Source: an uncultured Gammaproteobacteria bacterium
Lineage (GTDB): Bacteria; Patescibacteriota; Patescibacteriia; SG8-24
Assembly (NCBI GenBank): GCA_964491475.1
Contig: CAZBFO010000002.1
Location: forward strand, 16,501-80,500
Reading direction: 5' to 3'
DNA: 64,000 bases
Part shown: piece by piece, positions 17,637 through 28,361 of the stretch
Layout: each line of letters starts with the position of its first letter
How positions within the stretch are numbered: position 1 is the first letter of the stretch
The notes under the pieces: generated by a model
What the model was told of the DNA's origin: nothing
The model's input: only the letters and a program-made list of their open reading frames with translations
The model's database searches: none
Translations under genes and position numbers: made by a program

Positions 17637-20573
17637 TTACTGGCCTTCGGCTACGCTTCCGAAGAAGGCGTCACGGTCTACCTTTGCGGTCACGGTCCAG
17701 CGGCCGCGGTCGTCGGTCGTCCGTTGGGGCGCTTCCCAGCTGGGCGTGTAGCCGCGGGGGAAGTCGATGCTCGAAGTGAAGGTGATGGGCGAGCTGCCCG
17801 ACTGTTTTTGGAGCAGCAGGGTGTAGTCCATGCGGTCACGGCGATTGCCGGCGACGTCGCCGTAGAACGTGGCGAGCTTGCCGTCCGGCGGATGCGTCAG
17901 GGTGACGACGCCGGGCGGCAGCTGGTACACCAGGGTGACTACCGAGGTCTCGCCCGGATCGGTCTGCATCCAGTTGCCGAACACCGTCTTGTCGCCTTCA
18001 TCGCTGATGCGCGTGCCGGAGTCGCGGTCGATCTTGGTGTTCTTTTCCTGCGCGTCCACTGCCGGATCCGCGCTTTCGGTGCCGTCACCCAGCTTGAACA
18101 GCTTGGGGTCCGGAGCCTCGAATCCGTGCGCTTCGACCAGCATGCTGCCCTGCGGCACGTAGAAGCGGACGTAATCGACGTTGCGCACGCCGCTGAACAA
18201 CGCGCCCTTCTGGCCGTTGTGCGCGCGCGAGAGCGTCAGCGTCACGATGCCGGTGCCGTCCGGGAGGATCTTCACGGAGTGCTGCACGTCATCACGCATC
18301 TGCAAGTCCGTCTTCTGGCCGGCTATGTTGGTGTGCACCAGGTACAGGTAATCGCCGTCGGTCTTCTTGATCCCGCCGCCCCAGCCGAGCGCGGTGACGC
18401 GCCGTTCGGTGTCGGCGTCCTTGAGCCACAGCTGGACGTCGCGCTTGGCCAGGGCCTCGTCCATGAGGCCCGCCAGCTGCACCAGCTGATCGTTGTCGGC
18501 ATGCATCAGCCTGTCGAGGACCTTCGGCGCCAGGTCGGCGATGAACTGCTTGGGCTTGTTCTCGGTCTTGTCGTAGTCGACCTCGACCTGCTTTTGCGTC
18601 TCGTAGTAGAAGTTCTGGCTGGTAACGGTCTTGCCGTACTCGGGCATCTGGATCGGTCCGGTCACCGCCAGCAGCTGTTCCATCAGCGTGGCGTTGACGG
18701 CGATGACGCCGTCGGTGGTCGGCCCGTGCGACTTGTCGTAGAACCAGGTGATTTGCTTGGCGCTGGTGGGGAAGTCGGGATACCAGTTGGCGTCCTGGAA
18801 CTGCCACAGCGGATTGATCAGGTGCAGCGGCTGCGGCGAGGCCACGCGGGCCATCAGGCTGCCCTTGAGGTCGTAGGTGCCGCCGCCGGGAATCGACATG
18901 TTGGTGAGCTTGCCCTTCTCGACGTCGATGAGCGCGAAACTTCCCATGAAGCCGCCGGTGGGACGCATTTCGGAGTTGTTCTGGAAGATCAGCAGGTAGC
19001 GCTTGGGCTCGTTTTCGCCGAGGATGGAGCCCATGACGTCGGCGACGGCGCTGGCCTTGCGGACGGCGTCGGTCAGCTTGGGCACGTCGCGCTGCGCGTC
19101 GGTGACGGCGCCTCGGTACTTGGCGGGAACGGCCTCGGCCGAGATGAGCGCGAGGGAATCGCTGGCACGCTCAAGGTGGGGGAGCGCTTCGGACAGGTAC
19201 GTCTTGAGCGTGTTCAATTTTTCCGTAGGCGTGCCCAAGCCGTCCACGGCCTGCAGGCCGCTGGAAAGGCGCTCGCCGCCTTGCGCGATTTCGCGGCCGG
19301 CGTTCAGCAGCGGCGAAGCGGCGGATATGGCCGTGCCGGGAAGCAGCTTGGGGGCGGCATCGAGCAGGGCGGCCAGCGCGCCGAGCCTGCGTTGCGCGTC
19401 ACCAAGGCTTTCATCGGCCTGCGCGAAGTCGCGGCTGGCGCTGGCGAAGTCACGGTTCTTGGCCGCGTCGCCAGCGGCCTTGATCAGGTTGACCGCGCCG
19501 ACGCTTTCGCCGACCAGCTGGTCCTTGAAGCTGTTGATGTTGCCGATGGAGCCGTAGACGCCGAGCGGCAGCACCAGCACCAAGGCGATGGCAGCGAAAC
19601 CGGCAAGGCTGCGTTGCCAGCCGACGGGAAGCAGGGGCACGCGTTCCGTTTTCGGCTCGGCTTCCTTCTTGGCCGTGGCGACCGCGGTGCTCGGGGAGGA
19701 TTTCGCGAAGAAAGTTTTTTTCGCCGGAGCCGGCGTCAGGGATTTCGGCAGCTTCACGTGCTCGAGAATCGACATCGTATGCTGGGTCACCAGGTGGTGC
19801 GGCTTGATGGGCACGTTCTTGATGACGGTCGCCGAATGCTTTCGCGCGCGATGGCGCATGGCACGCGCGGTGGGCGAGAGCCAGACCATGACGGCGGCCC
19901 GCAAGGGGAGCCTGCGCGCGGCAACGGGTTGCCGGGCCGTCTGCATCTTGGCCTTGTTGAGTGCGCGCAAATCGGCCAGCAGCGGGCTCTTGATTGCCGC
20001 GGCTTGCTGCGTCGCCACGTGCTCCGCAGGCTCCTTGAGCAGCAGGGATGGCGGCTGCACCGCCGGCTTGTGGCGCGGTTCAGGGAGCTTCGGCAGGTGC
20101 TCGGCCAACGGCGCAATTTTTTTATTGACCCTCTCGCCGGGAATCTGGGCCAGATGCATGATTGCCAAAGCGGCAAGATGCAGGGTGCTCAAGACGGTCA
20201 GTTCGGCCAACGGATGTTCGTTGAAAAAGCGCGAGCCTGCTATGCGCACCGCCTGCTTGAGCGTGACGGCATTGGCAGCCGGAAAATCCTTCCATCCGCG
20301 CGGACGGACCGACAGCGTGCGCACGCGCAGGTCGTGCAGGTGGATGCGCTCGTCGAGCACGTGACGCAGGCGCGCAAAGATGCCGCGCGGCGGCATCACC
20401 GGCTTTTCGGCCGGCGGCTTGGGCGCTTCCGGAGGCACCGCGATGCGGCCGTGCAGGCTCACCTGGTGGCGCGAGGGGCGATGCGCCTTGTGCGGCTTCG
20501 GTTCACGGACGGTAACGCCGCCCGCGTGCTGCGGGTGCCCGTCGCTGTCCGTGATGAACGAAGTCTTCGACAT
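17637..20573 (-). CDS. DUF4012 domain membrane protein
   Basis: RYLLIFQNNSEMRPTGGFMGS and DANWYPDFPTSA motifs after a TM helix and coiled-coil region. Confidence 0.85.
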   Translation of the reverse strand: MSKTSFITDSDGHPQHAGGVTVREPKPHKAHRPSRHQVSLHGRIAVPPEAPKPPAEKPVMPPRGIFARLRHVLDERIHLHDLRVRTLSVRPRGWKDFPAANAVTLKQAVRIAGSRFFNEHPLAELTVLSTLHLAALAIMHLAQIPGERVNKKIAPLAEHLPKLPEPRHKPAVQPPSLLLKEPAEHVATQQAAAIKSPLLADLRALNKAKMQTARQPVAARRLPLRAAVMVWLSPTARAMRHRARKHSATVIKNVPIKPHHLVTQHTMSILEHVKLPKSLTPAPAKKTFFAKSSPSTAVATAKKEAEPKTERVPLLPVGWQRSLAGFAAIALVLVLPLGVYGSIGNINSFKDQLVGESVGAVNLIKAAGDAAKNRDFASASRDFAQADESLGDAQRRLGALAALLDAAPKLLPGTAISAASPLLNAGREIAQGGERLSSGLQAVDGLGTPTEKLNTLKTYLSEALPHLERASDSLALISAEAVPAKYRGAVTDAQRDVPKLTDAVRKASAVADVMGSILGENEPKRYLLIFQNNSEMRPTGGFMGSFALIDVEKGKLTNMSIPGGGTYDLKGSLMARVASPQPLHLINPLWQFQDANWYPDFPTSAKQITWFYDKSHGPTTDGVIAVNATLMEQLLAVTGPIQMPEYGKTVTSQNFYYETQKQVEVDYDKTENKPKQFIADLAPKVLDRLMHADNDQLVQLAGLMDEALAKRDVQLWLKDADTERRVTALGWGGGIKKTDGDYLYLVHTNIAGQKTDLQMRDDVQHSVKILPDGTGIVTLTLSRAHNGQKGALFSGVRNVDYVRFYVPQGSMLVEAHGFEAPDPKLFKLGDGTESADPAVDAQEKNTKIDRDSGTRISDEGDKTVFGNWMQTDPGETSVVTLVYQLPPGVVTLTHPPDGKLATFYGDVAGNRRDRMDYTLLLQKQSGSSPITFTSSIDFPRGYTPSWEAPQRTTDDRGRWTVTAKVDRDAFFGSVAEGQ

Positions 20574-20579
20574 GAGCGT

Positions 20580-21710
20580 CTAGCGAGGAGTCTTGTGGGC
20601 GAGGTAGGCGTCGAGCGTCTGCTGCGCGCAGCGCGTCCAGTCGTATTTGGCGACCTGCGACCGTCCTTTGGCGATCAGTTCGGCGCGCAATTCGGTATCG
20701 TCAGCCATTCGCGTCAGGGCCGTGTAGATTTCCGCGGGCTTCTCGGGATCGAAGTAGTGGGCGGCGTCTCCCAGGATTTCCGGCATGCAGCTGGCGTTCG
20801 AGGAGGTCACCGGCAGGCCGTGTTGCATGGCCTCGAGCGGCGGCAGGCCGAATCCTTCGCAGAGCGAGGGGAACACGTAGAACGCGGCGTTTTCGTAGAG
20901 CGTGGCCAGCTCTTCGTCGGTGACGTGGCCGGCGAAGACCACGTTCTGCGCCAGGTCGTTCTCTGCCGCTTCTTTTTTGAGCCGGGCGTAAAAGTAATCC
21001 TCGGCTCCGACCAGCACCAGCTGCCAGTCCGCATGCTCCGCGCGCTTGCGGAACGCGGCGAAAGCCTCGACCAGCCGTTCCAGGTTCTTGTGCGGGTAGG
21101 CGTTGCCCACGTAGAGCGCGAACGGCTTCTTGATATCGGATCGGAGCTGCGCATTTTGCGTCTTTTGCAGCGATGGCGCGCAGGCTTCGTAGGTGACCAC
21201 GACGTTTTTTTGTTTTGCGAACGGGAACCGTTCGAGCATTTCTTTTTTGACGGTTTGGGAAACCGTGATGACCGTCTCCGCATCGGCGATGGCGCGGCGG
21301 ATAACCAGGCGGTAGAACTGGAACTTGATCCAGAAGATCAACGGTCCGAGCCTGCTGGCGCGTGTGGTGGGATGCGAGAGAAGGATCAGGTCGTGAATCG
21401 TGACGACGAACGGCTTGCGGTAGAAAAACGGGACGTTGAAGTGCGGGAAGTGGATCAGGTCCAAGCCATGCTGGTTGAGCAGCTTGGGATACTGCACTTG
21501 CTCGCGCCAGGTGTACCAGGGAAACTCCGCCAGCACCTTGGTGAACCGCGGATTCTTCGGGACGTACGAATCGAAGTTCGATGTCCACAAAAAAATCACG
21601 TAATCGTTGCCGTCGTCGATTTTTTCCAGATGCGAGATCAGCTCGCTGGTGTACCTGCCAAGACCTTTGCCGACGCTTCCGTAGAAGCGGGCGTCGATGC
21701 CGATGCGCAT
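20580..21710 (-). CDS. Glycosyltransferase family 4
   Basis: MRIGIDAR, VVTIHDL, HKN and EGFGLPPLEAM motifs. Confidence 0.92.
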   Translation of the reverse strand: MRIGIDARFYGSVGKGLGRYTSELISHLEKIDDGNDYVIFLWTSNFDSYVPKNPRFTKVLAEFPWYTWREQVQYPKLLNQHGLDLIHFPHFNVPFFYRKPFVVTIHDLILLSHPTTRASRLGPLIFWIKFQFYRLVIRRAIADAETVITVSQTVKKEMLERFPFAKQKNVVVTYEACAPSLQKTQNAQLRSDIKKPFALYVGNAYPHKNLERLVEAFAAFRKRAEHADWQLVLVGAEDYFYARLKKEAAENDLAQNVVFAGHVTDEELATLYENAAFYVFPSLCEGFGLPPLEAMQHGLPVTSSNASCMPEILGDAAHYFDPEKPAEIYTALTRMADDTELRAELIAKGRSQVAKYDWTRCAQQTLDAYLAHKTPR

Positions 21711-21798
21711 GGGTGTTTCGGGGTCAGAAATCTGCGTAAAAAGTACCCTTCGTTCACCAGCCCATTATAACAGAAGAAACAAGCGGAAATGGGCTAAC

Positions 21799-21818
21799 TT
21801 ATCCGCAAAAGTGGATAA
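21799..21818. promoter_or_regulatory. Pair of inverted DnaA-box-like sites
   Basis: TTATCCGCA and AGTGGATAA, each one mismatch from TTATCCACA, in the divergent promoter region. Confidence 0.35.
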
Positions 21819-21904
21819 CTTTCAGGGCTGTTTTTTGACCCGGTTTACAGAATTAGCCGCTGTGTTGTAATGGACCCGTAAACAGGATTTTTTCCGTCCC
21901 AAAT

Positions 21905-23743
21905 ATGTGCGGCATCGTGGGATACGTCGGCATGCGCCGAGCCGAAGACGTCCTGGTTGACGGCCTTCGCCGAATGGAGTATCGCGGCTACGACTCTTCC
22001 GGGGTCGCCGCCATCCAAAATGGTCAACTCAAGACCGTCAAAGCGGTCGGTAAAGTGGCTATTTTAGTTGATACCTTAGCCAGAAATCCGTTGGAAGGCT
22101 CTTTGGGAATCGCACATACGCGTTGGGCCACTCATGGCGAACCGACCAGCGAAAACGCACACCCGCACGTTGATTGCCGGGGTACTTTGGCGGTAGTGCA
22201 TAACGGCATCATTGAGAATTACGGGCCCATAAAACAGGCCTTGTCGGTTCGAGGCCACCAATTCCGCTCCGAAACCGATACCGAAGTCGTGGCGCATCTG
22301 ATTGAGGAGTACCATGCGACCATGTCCTTGGACGATGCCTTTTTTGCGGCCCTGAAGGACATCGTCGGCACTTTCGGCATCGCCGTGATTTCATCCACAG
22401 ACCCCAAAAAGATCTATGCCGCCCGTCGGGGGAGCCCATTGGTGGTCGGTTTGGGCAAAAACGGCGACGAGTTCTTCCTGGCGTCTGATCCGTCGGCGCT
22501 GCTCGCCTATACCCGCGACGTCATGTACGTCGAGGACGACGAAGCGGTCATCATGTCGCCCGATGGCGTGGAGACGTTTTCGCTGGAGCGCCTGCGCAAG
22601 CAGAAGACCGTCGAAACCATCAGCTGGACGCTGCAGGAAATCGAAAAAGGCAATCATCCGCACTTCATGCTCAAGGAAATGCATGAACAGCCGGAGGTCA
22701 TCGTGGGCGCGACGCGCGGCCGTCTGGACATCAAGAACGGCATGGCCGTGCTGGGAGGGCTTCGGGACGTCGAGGCGCGGCTGCGGAGCATCGATCGGCT
22801 GACCCTGCTTGCCTGCGGCTCGGCTTACCTGGCCGGTTGCGTCGGCGAGTACATGCTCGAGGAGTACGCGGAGATTCCGACGACGGTCGAGCTCGGTTCA
22901 GAATATCGTTATCGCAAACCCATCATCGACCCGGTGCGCGAAGCGGTCGTCGCCGTCACGCAGAGCGGCGAAACCGCCGACACGCTCGGCGCCATGCGCG
23001 AAGCCAAGGTGAAAGGCGCGTTGGCGCTCGGCATCGTCAACGTCGTCGGCTCGACCATCGCGCGCGAATCTGACGCGGGCGTGTACATGCACGCCGGCCC
23101 GGAAATCGCCGTCGCTTCCACCAAGGCGTTCGTGGCAATGCTGACTTCGTTTGCGCTGCTTACCATGCATCTTGGCCGCCAGCGCCGCATGTCGCAGGCC
23201 ACCGGCACGCGCATCGCCGAAGAGTTGGCGATACTTCCGCAGAAGGTCGCCCGGATCGTGGCGCAGAGCGACCGCATCAAGGCGCTGGCAAAAAAATACG
23301 CGAGTTACCCGAGCATGCTGTACTTGGGCCGCAAGTATAACGCGCCCGTCGCCCTCGAGGGTGCGCTCAAATTGAAAGAGGTCGCCTACGTGCACGCCGA
23401 AGGATACGCGGGTGGCGAGATGAAGCACGGACCGATCGCGCTCCTCGACAAGAATTTTCCCGTCGTCGCCTTGGTCACCAAGGACAGCGTCTACGAAAAA
23501 ATGAAATCCAACATCGAGGAAGTTCGCGCACGACACGCGCCGGTGCTGGCTCTCGCGAGCGAGGGCGACGAGGAAATCCTGCGCCTGTCCGAAGACGTGA
23601 TCTACGTCCCGCGCACCATCGAAATGCTGTCGCCGATCCTGAACGTGATTCCGCTCCAGCTGTTCGCCTATCACATGGCCGTCGCACGCGGCTTCGACCC
23701 CGATAGGCCGCGCAACCTAGCCAAATCAGTGACAGTAGAATAA
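21905..23743 (+). CDS. glmS: Glutamine--fructose-6-phosphate aminotransferase
   Basis: MCGIVG start, EYRGYDS, HTRWATHG, QSGETADT and PRNLAKSVTVE. Confidence 0.97.
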   Translation: MCGIVGYVGMRRAEDVLVDGLRRMEYRGYDSSGVAAIQNGQLKTVKAVGKVAILVDTLARNPLEGSLGIAHTRWATHGEPTSENAHPHVDCRGTLAVVHNGIIENYGPIKQALSVRGHQFRSETDTEVVAHLIEEYHATMSLDDAFFAALKDIVGTFGIAVISSTDPKKIYAARRGSPLVVGLGKNGDEFFLASDPSALLAYTRDVMYVEDDEAVIMSPDGVETFSLERLRKQKTVETISWTLQEIEKGNHPHFMLKEMHEQPEVIVGATRGRLDIKNGMAVLGGLRDVEARLRSIDRLTLLACGSAYLAGCVGEYMLEEYAEIPTTVELGSEYRYRKPIIDPVREAVVAVTQSGETADTLGAMREAKVKGALALGIVNVVGSTIARESDAGVYMHAGPEIAVASTKAFVAMLTSFALLTMHLGRQRRMSQATGTRIAEELAILPQKVARIVAQSDRIKALAKKYASYPSMLYLGRKYNAPVALEGALKLKEVAYVHAEGYAGGEMKHGPIALLDKNFPVVALVTKDSVYEKMKSNIEEVRARHAPVLALASEGDEEILRLSEDVIYVPRTIEMLSPILNVIPLQLFAYHMAVARGFDPDRPRNLAKSVTVE

Positions 23744-23768
23744 CCATCTTTTTCGCTTGCAGCCGCAC

Positions 23769-24410
23769 ATGGTCGCCGTACCTAAACCGACTTTTTCCGA
23801 AGAGCGCGCCCTCATTGCGAGAGGCCTCTCTTTGATTGCCGGCGTGGACGAGGCAGGTTGCGGCTGCTGGGCCGGACCGGTGTTCGCCGCCGCCGTCATA
23901 TTGCCGCTCGATTCGCGGATCGGATTGGTGCGTGACTCGAAGACACTGTCGTTGTCGCAACGCGAACGCGTCGTCGCGCGCGTGAAGGAGGAAGCGACGG
24001 CATGGGCTGTCGGCACCGCCAGCGCGGCGGAGATCGATGTCTTGAACATCCGTGGTGCCGGAGCGCTGGCGATGAAACGCGCAGTCGAAGCGTTGGCGCA
24101 ACGTCCGGAGTTCGTGCTGACCGACGCCTTCAATATCCCGCAACTCGGCATCGACCAAAAGAACATCATCCGCGGCGACAGCAAGGTGAAATCGATCGCA
24201 GCGGCGTCAGTCGTGGCGAAAGTCGCGCGTGATTTGCATTTGAAAGAGTTGGACGAGAAGTATCCAGGATACGGATTTGCGACGCATAAGGGGTACGGGA
24301 CGAAAATGCACCAGGCGGCATTGGCAAAACTTGGGCCTTGTGCGGAACACCGGATGTCGTACGCGCCGGTAAAGGCGGCGATGCGAGAACTTGAAAATAC
24401 CTCGTCCTAG
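23769..24410 (+). CDS. rnhB: Ribonuclease HII
   Basis: GVDEAG, DSK, SIAAASVVAKVARD and HKGYGT motifs. Confidence 0.95.
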   Translation: MVAVPKPTFSEERALIARGLSLIAGVDEAGCGCWAGPVFAAAVILPLDSRIGLVRDSKTLSLSQRERVVARVKEEATAWAVGTASAAEIDVLNIRGAGALAMKRAVEALAQRPEFVLTDAFNIPQLGIDQKNIIRGDSKVKSIAAASVVAKVARDLHLKELDEKYPGYGFATHKGYGTKMHQAALAKLGPCAEHRMSYAPVKAAMRELENTSS

Positions 24411-24411
24411 C

Positions 24412-24578
24412 GCGCGCGACGCGAAGCGGAGCGCCGCCCCACCCGGGGGTACAGAATAATTTTTCGCCTGCGGGCGAAAAATTTTCCTCTACCTCGACGA
24501 AAAAATCAGGCTGCGGCCTGATTTTTTGTCTGCGGTAAGCCCCCCGGGTGGGGCGGCGCTCCGCTTCGCGTCGCGCGC
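24412..24578. mobile_element. MITE/REP-like palindromic element with 38-bp perfect terminal inverted repeats
   Basis: 24412-24449 is the exact reverse complement of 24541-24578; two internal terminator-like hairpins. Confidence 0.5.
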
Positions 24579-24594
24579 CTGGCGCGTGGCTGGT

Positions 24595-25719
24595 TCAGGT
24601 TATCGCTGCGAAGACATGTTCGAGCGAGTGCGCCGTTTTGTCCCACGAGTAGTTCCTTGCTCGCGCAAAGCCGCGTTCGCGCATCATCGCGCGTAACTTT
24701 TCGTCGGTCATCACCGTTCGCATCGCTTCTGCGATCGAGTCGGTCGATTCCGGTTTCACCAGCAGTCCTGCGTCGCCGACGACTTCGCCGAGCGACGAGG
24801 CGTTGCTGGCGATGACTGGCGTGCCGACGGCCATTGATTCGAGCGGGGGCATGCCGAAACCCTCGTAGAAAGACGGGTAGACCAGCGCGATGGCGCCGGC
24901 GTACAGCGCAGGTTTGTCTTTTGCCTCAACGTAGCCAAGGAATTTGATGCGGTTGCGCTTGGCGGAACGCTCGGCACGGCGGAAGATTTTCTCGTAGAGC
25001 CAACCTTTGCCGCCGGCTATGACCAGGTCAGCATCGATGTCGGTGCCGAGCGCGTCGAATGCCTCGATGATGCCGGTGATGTTTTTGCGCGGTTCAATTG
25101 CGCCGAGGTAGAGGAAGTACGGCTTGCGGAGGCCGAGACGGTTACGCAGTTCGGTGACGGCGCCTTCCTTCTGCGGCCTGAACGAGGAGTCGGCGGCGGG
25201 GCTCGCGACGAAAATCTTCGAGGCGTCGATGCCGAAGGTTTCGACAACGTCCAGCTTGGTGTGTTCGGAAACGGCGACGACGGCTGCGGCTTCGCGCAGC
25301 AGGCGAGGAACGTTGATCATCCGGTGCCAGAGACGTTGCTTGGCGGAAAAAAATGTGGGAGAGCGGACGAAGGAGAGGTCATGCACCGTCACGGCGTAGG
25401 GGAGACGCGTGGCCACGAAGTTGAGGTTCGGGAGAAAGAGCGCATCGGCCGGACCGACCAGGCGCTCGAGTTTCGGTTGCCTCAAAAAAGCGAAGGAGGC
25501 GTTGAGAAGGCGGTTGGGATAGCGCGAAAAGGCCTCACGCACCTTGTGCCCGTCGAGAGCCGCCATATCCAGGGGGAAGGCGGACGGCCTGCCGTTGCAG
25601 AACAGGGCGTAGTCGTTCGTGCCGCGCCGCACCAGCGCGGAAAGCGTCTCGGCGGCGTAAATGCCCACGCCGCCGCGCTTGGCCTCCATCATTGGGCGGA
25701 CATCGACGATGACGCGCAT
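24595..25719 (-). CDS. Glycosyltransferase family 4
   Basis: VTVHDLSF, EPRKN and YEGFGMPPLESM motifs. Confidence 0.92.
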   Translation of the reverse strand: MRVIVDVRPMMEAKRGGVGIYAAETLSALVRRGTNDYALFCNGRPSAFPLDMAALDGHKVREAFSRYPNRLLNASFAFLRQPKLERLVGPADALFLPNLNFVATRLPYAVTVHDLSFVRSPTFFSAKQRLWHRMINVPRLLREAAAVVAVSEHTKLDVVETFGIDASKIFVASPAADSSFRPQKEGAVTELRNRLGLRKPYFLYLGAIEPRKNITGIIEAFDALGTDIDADLVIAGGKGWLYEKIFRRAERSAKRNRIKFLGYVEAKDKPALYAGAIALVYPSFYEGFGMPPLESMAVGTPVIASNASSLGEVVGDAGLLVKPESTDSIAEAMRTVMTDEKLRAMMRERGFARARNYSWDKTAHSLEHVFAAIT

Positions 25720-25724
25720 GGCGG

Positions 25725-26906
25725 TCAGCGTCGTCCCATTCCGGGCAACGCGAAAGTGCGAACCTCGTGCGAGGCAAACTGCGGCATGCCGACCTTTGAT
25801 GCGCCGTTTTCGTCGCGCCACTCCTTCCAAGCGGCTTCGACGAAGTCCTGAATGCGCTCCTTGAACACCTCGGTATCGTAGGAGAGGGCGTGCTCGCGGA
25901 TGGCCTTGGGGTCGAACTCCGAGGCGTCGAAGCGGATGATCTGGTTGGCGAGCTCTTCCCAGCTCTGGTCCTCGAGGAACAGGCCGGTGACGCCGTCGAT
26001 GACGGTTTCCGTTGCGCCGCCCTTGCGGTAGGCGATGACGGGTCGGCCCGAAGCCATCGCTTCGACCGCCGTGATGCCGAAGTCTTCCTCTTGGGGATGG
26101 AGATAGGCAAGACACTTCGAATACAGCTCGGCCTTCTGCTTCTCGCCGACACGTCCGACGAACTCGATGTTGGAGCCCGCGTTTTCCTTGAGGCGTTCAA
26201 GCTCCGGACCTTCGCCGAAAATCTTGAGCGGGATGCCGAGTTTGCTGAAAGCCTTCACGACCACGTCGAAGCGCTTGTAGGCCACCAGGCGGCCGCCGGC
26301 CAAAAAGTAGTTTTCGGTCTTGGGAGAGATGTAAAAGCGCGAGGTGTCGACCGGCGGGTGAATCACCTTGCTGTCGCGCTGGTAGTACTTGCCGATGCGC
26401 TTGGCCACCGTTTCGGAGTTGGCCACGAAGCGGTCGACGCGTTCCGCGGCCAGACGGTCCCAGACGCGGATGTTGGTGAGCATCATCGGCAGCAGCTTGC
26501 TCAAGAACGAGGGGAGTCCCTGTTCGTTCACGTAGGAGTGCGTGTCCGACCACAGGTAGCGCGTGGGCGTGTGGCAGTAGCATAGGTGCAGCGTGTCGGG
26601 GCGGGTGATGACGCCTTTGGCGAAGGCCGAAGTGCTGGAGAGCACCACGTCATAACCGGCCAGATTGTGATGCTCCGTCGCCGTCGGCATCAGCGGCATG
26701 AACCATTTGTAGCGCTTGAGAGCGAAGGGGACGTTCTGCAAAAAGGAGGTGCGGATGTCCTTGCCGCGGAAGCTTGCGCCCATGGTTTCCTCGTCGTGCA
26801 GCAACGCGAAGGTCGGCGCGTCGGGCCAGACTTCCTGAAAAGCCTGCAGCACGCGTTCGGCGCCGCCGTCTTGCACCAGGTAGTCGTGTACGAGCGCGAT
26901 CTTCAT
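25725..26906 (-). CDS. Glycosyltransferase family 4
   Basis: MKIALVHDYL, GGAERV, YCHTPTRYLW and EDFGITAVEAMASG motifs. Confidence 0.92.
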   Translation of the reverse strand: MKIALVHDYLVQDGGAERVLQAFQEVWPDAPTFALLHDEETMGASFRGKDIRTSFLQNVPFALKRYKWFMPLMPTATEHHNLAGYDVVLSSTSAFAKGVITRPDTLHLCYCHTPTRYLWSDTHSYVNEQGLPSFLSKLLPMMLTNIRVWDRLAAERVDRFVANSETVAKRIGKYYQRDSKVIHPPVDTSRFYISPKTENYFLAGGRLVAYKRFDVVVKAFSKLGIPLKIFGEGPELERLKENAGSNIEFVGRVGEKQKAELYSKCLAYLHPQEEDFGITAVEAMASGRPVIAYRKGGATETVIDGVTGLFLEDQSWEELANQIIRFDASEFDPKAIREHALSYDTEVFKERIQDFVEAAWKEWRDENGASKVGMPQFASHEVRTFALPGMGRR

Positions 26907-26945
26907 AAGAAGGGGTGAACTTACGGGCGGACAGCGGTAGAAGCC

Positions 26946-28361
26946 TTAAGAGGCGCCTTTGCGGATCAGCACCACGAGCGGGGTGCGGAGCAGGATGGCC
27001 AGGTCGAGCCAGGGGGACCAGTTTTCGATGTAGAAGGTGTCGAGGCGGACCTCTTCGTCGAAGGTGAGGTCGGCGCGACCGGAGACCTGGGCCATGCCGG
27101 TGATACCGGGTTTGATGGTAAGCACGCGGCGCTGGCGATCGTCGTACTTGGCGACTTCCTCTGGCAGATGCGGGCGGGGACCGACCAGGCTCATCTTGCC
27201 CATGAATACCAGGAAGAACTCGGGGAGCTCGTCGATGGACCACTTGCGGATGAACTTGCCGACGCGCGTCACGCGCGGATCGTCCTTGATCTTCACCAGC
27301 GGACCGTCGGCGCGCGTGTCGAGATGCGACAGCTCGCCGTAGCGCTGCTCGTGCGTCTTGGGTTTCATGGAGCGGAACTTGAAGTAGCGGAAGGGGACGC
27401 CGTGCTCGCCGACGCGCTTGACCGCGGAGCCGTCATCGAGGCGGGAGAACAGCACCGGTCCGCGCGAGTCGAGCTTGATGGCAATGGCCGTTACCAGCAT
27501 GATCGGCGAAGTGAAGATGATCAGCAGCGAAGAAACGATGATGTCGAAGATGCGCTTGAAGATCCTGCCCCAGCCGTCGAGCCGCGTGCCTTTGATTTCC
27601 ACGATGGGTACGCCGGCGATGGCGCCGATATCGACGTTGCTGGCGTGGGTGTCGAGCAGGTCGGCGGAGTACTTGAAGACCAGGTGGCGCGATTGCGCGA
27701 AGCCGAGCGCGCGGCCGAGGGAGTCGCGGTCGATGTTGGGGTCGGTCACCAGGATTTCGTCGATCTCGTGCTTGGCGGCCAGCTCCTCGAAGGCCTTGTG
27801 GGCAGCGTCATCGAAAACGGGGACGCGTTTCACGATCTGGTAACCGTTGGCCTTGTTCGCGGAAAACTCGCCGACGAGCAAAGCGGTGGTTCGGTCGTCG
27901 CCGCCGATAATTGCGACTTTGCGAATGCCGATGCCGAAGCGCGTCAGCGCGCGCTGCAGCAGGCGGATGGCCACGCGGCCCGTCGCCACGTACAGGAACG
28001 ACAGCACCCAAGCCGCCAGCACGATGAAGCGCGAGGCAAACAGCGCGCTATCAAAAAAGATGAGCGCCACCACCGCCATGATCGCCGCCGAGGAGGCAAG
28101 AAGGATGCGCGAGACTTCCGATTTGAGCTTGCGCGCGCTCGACACGCCGTACAGTCCGGCCAGGGCGAAACACAAAACGAACACGCCTGCCGCGATCGCC
28201 GAGACGGCCAAGAACTGGTTGATGGGAATCAGCAGCACCGCCGGTCGGAAGGCGGCAAAGGCACCGAAGCGGAGGTTGTGCGCGGTCAGCGCCGCCGCGA
28301 AGACGAGAAGGTAGTCCAGAGGGACCAAAATCGCCGTAAACGCCAGTTCGGATTTCTTCAT
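26946..28361 (-). CDS. Polyprenyl-phosphate sugar transferase (WcaJ/WbaP family)
   Basis: N-terminal TMs; [29 protein letters not shown] and [10 protein letters not shown] motifs. Confidence 0.93.
   Translation of the reverse strand: MKKSELAFTAILVPLDYLLVFAAALTAHNLRFGAFAAFRPAVLLIPINQFLAVSAIAAGVFVLCFALAGLYGVSSARKLKSEVSRILLASSAAIMAVVALIFFDSALFASRFIVLAAWVLSFLYVATGRVAIRLLQRALTRFGIGIRKVAIIGGDDRTTALLVGEFSANKANGYQIVKRVPVFDDAAHKAFEELAAKHEIDEILVTDPNIDRDSLGRALGFAQSRHLVFKYSADLLDTHASNVDIGAIAGVPIVEIKGTRLDGWGRIFKRIFDIIVSSLLIIFTSPIMLVTAIAIKLDSRGPVLFSRLDDGSAVKRVGEHGVPFRYFKFRSMKPKTHEQRYGELSHLDTRADGPLVKIKDDPRVTRVGKFIRKWSIDELPEFFLVFMGKMSLVGPRPHLPEEVAKYDDRQRRVLTIKPGITGMAQVSGRADLTFDEEVRLDTFYIENWSPWLDLAILLRTPLVVLIRKGAS

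Noticed and set aside
15672-21770. 2032-aa plus-strand ORF and similar long antisense ORFs (78-1892, 32336-35503, 47627-50332, 57818-59635)
   Set aside because: Shadow frames of GC-rich genes on the opposite strand; no motifs.
21711-21904. glmS ribozyme upstream of glmS
   Set aside because: Conserved core not found; the region is a divergent promoter segment.
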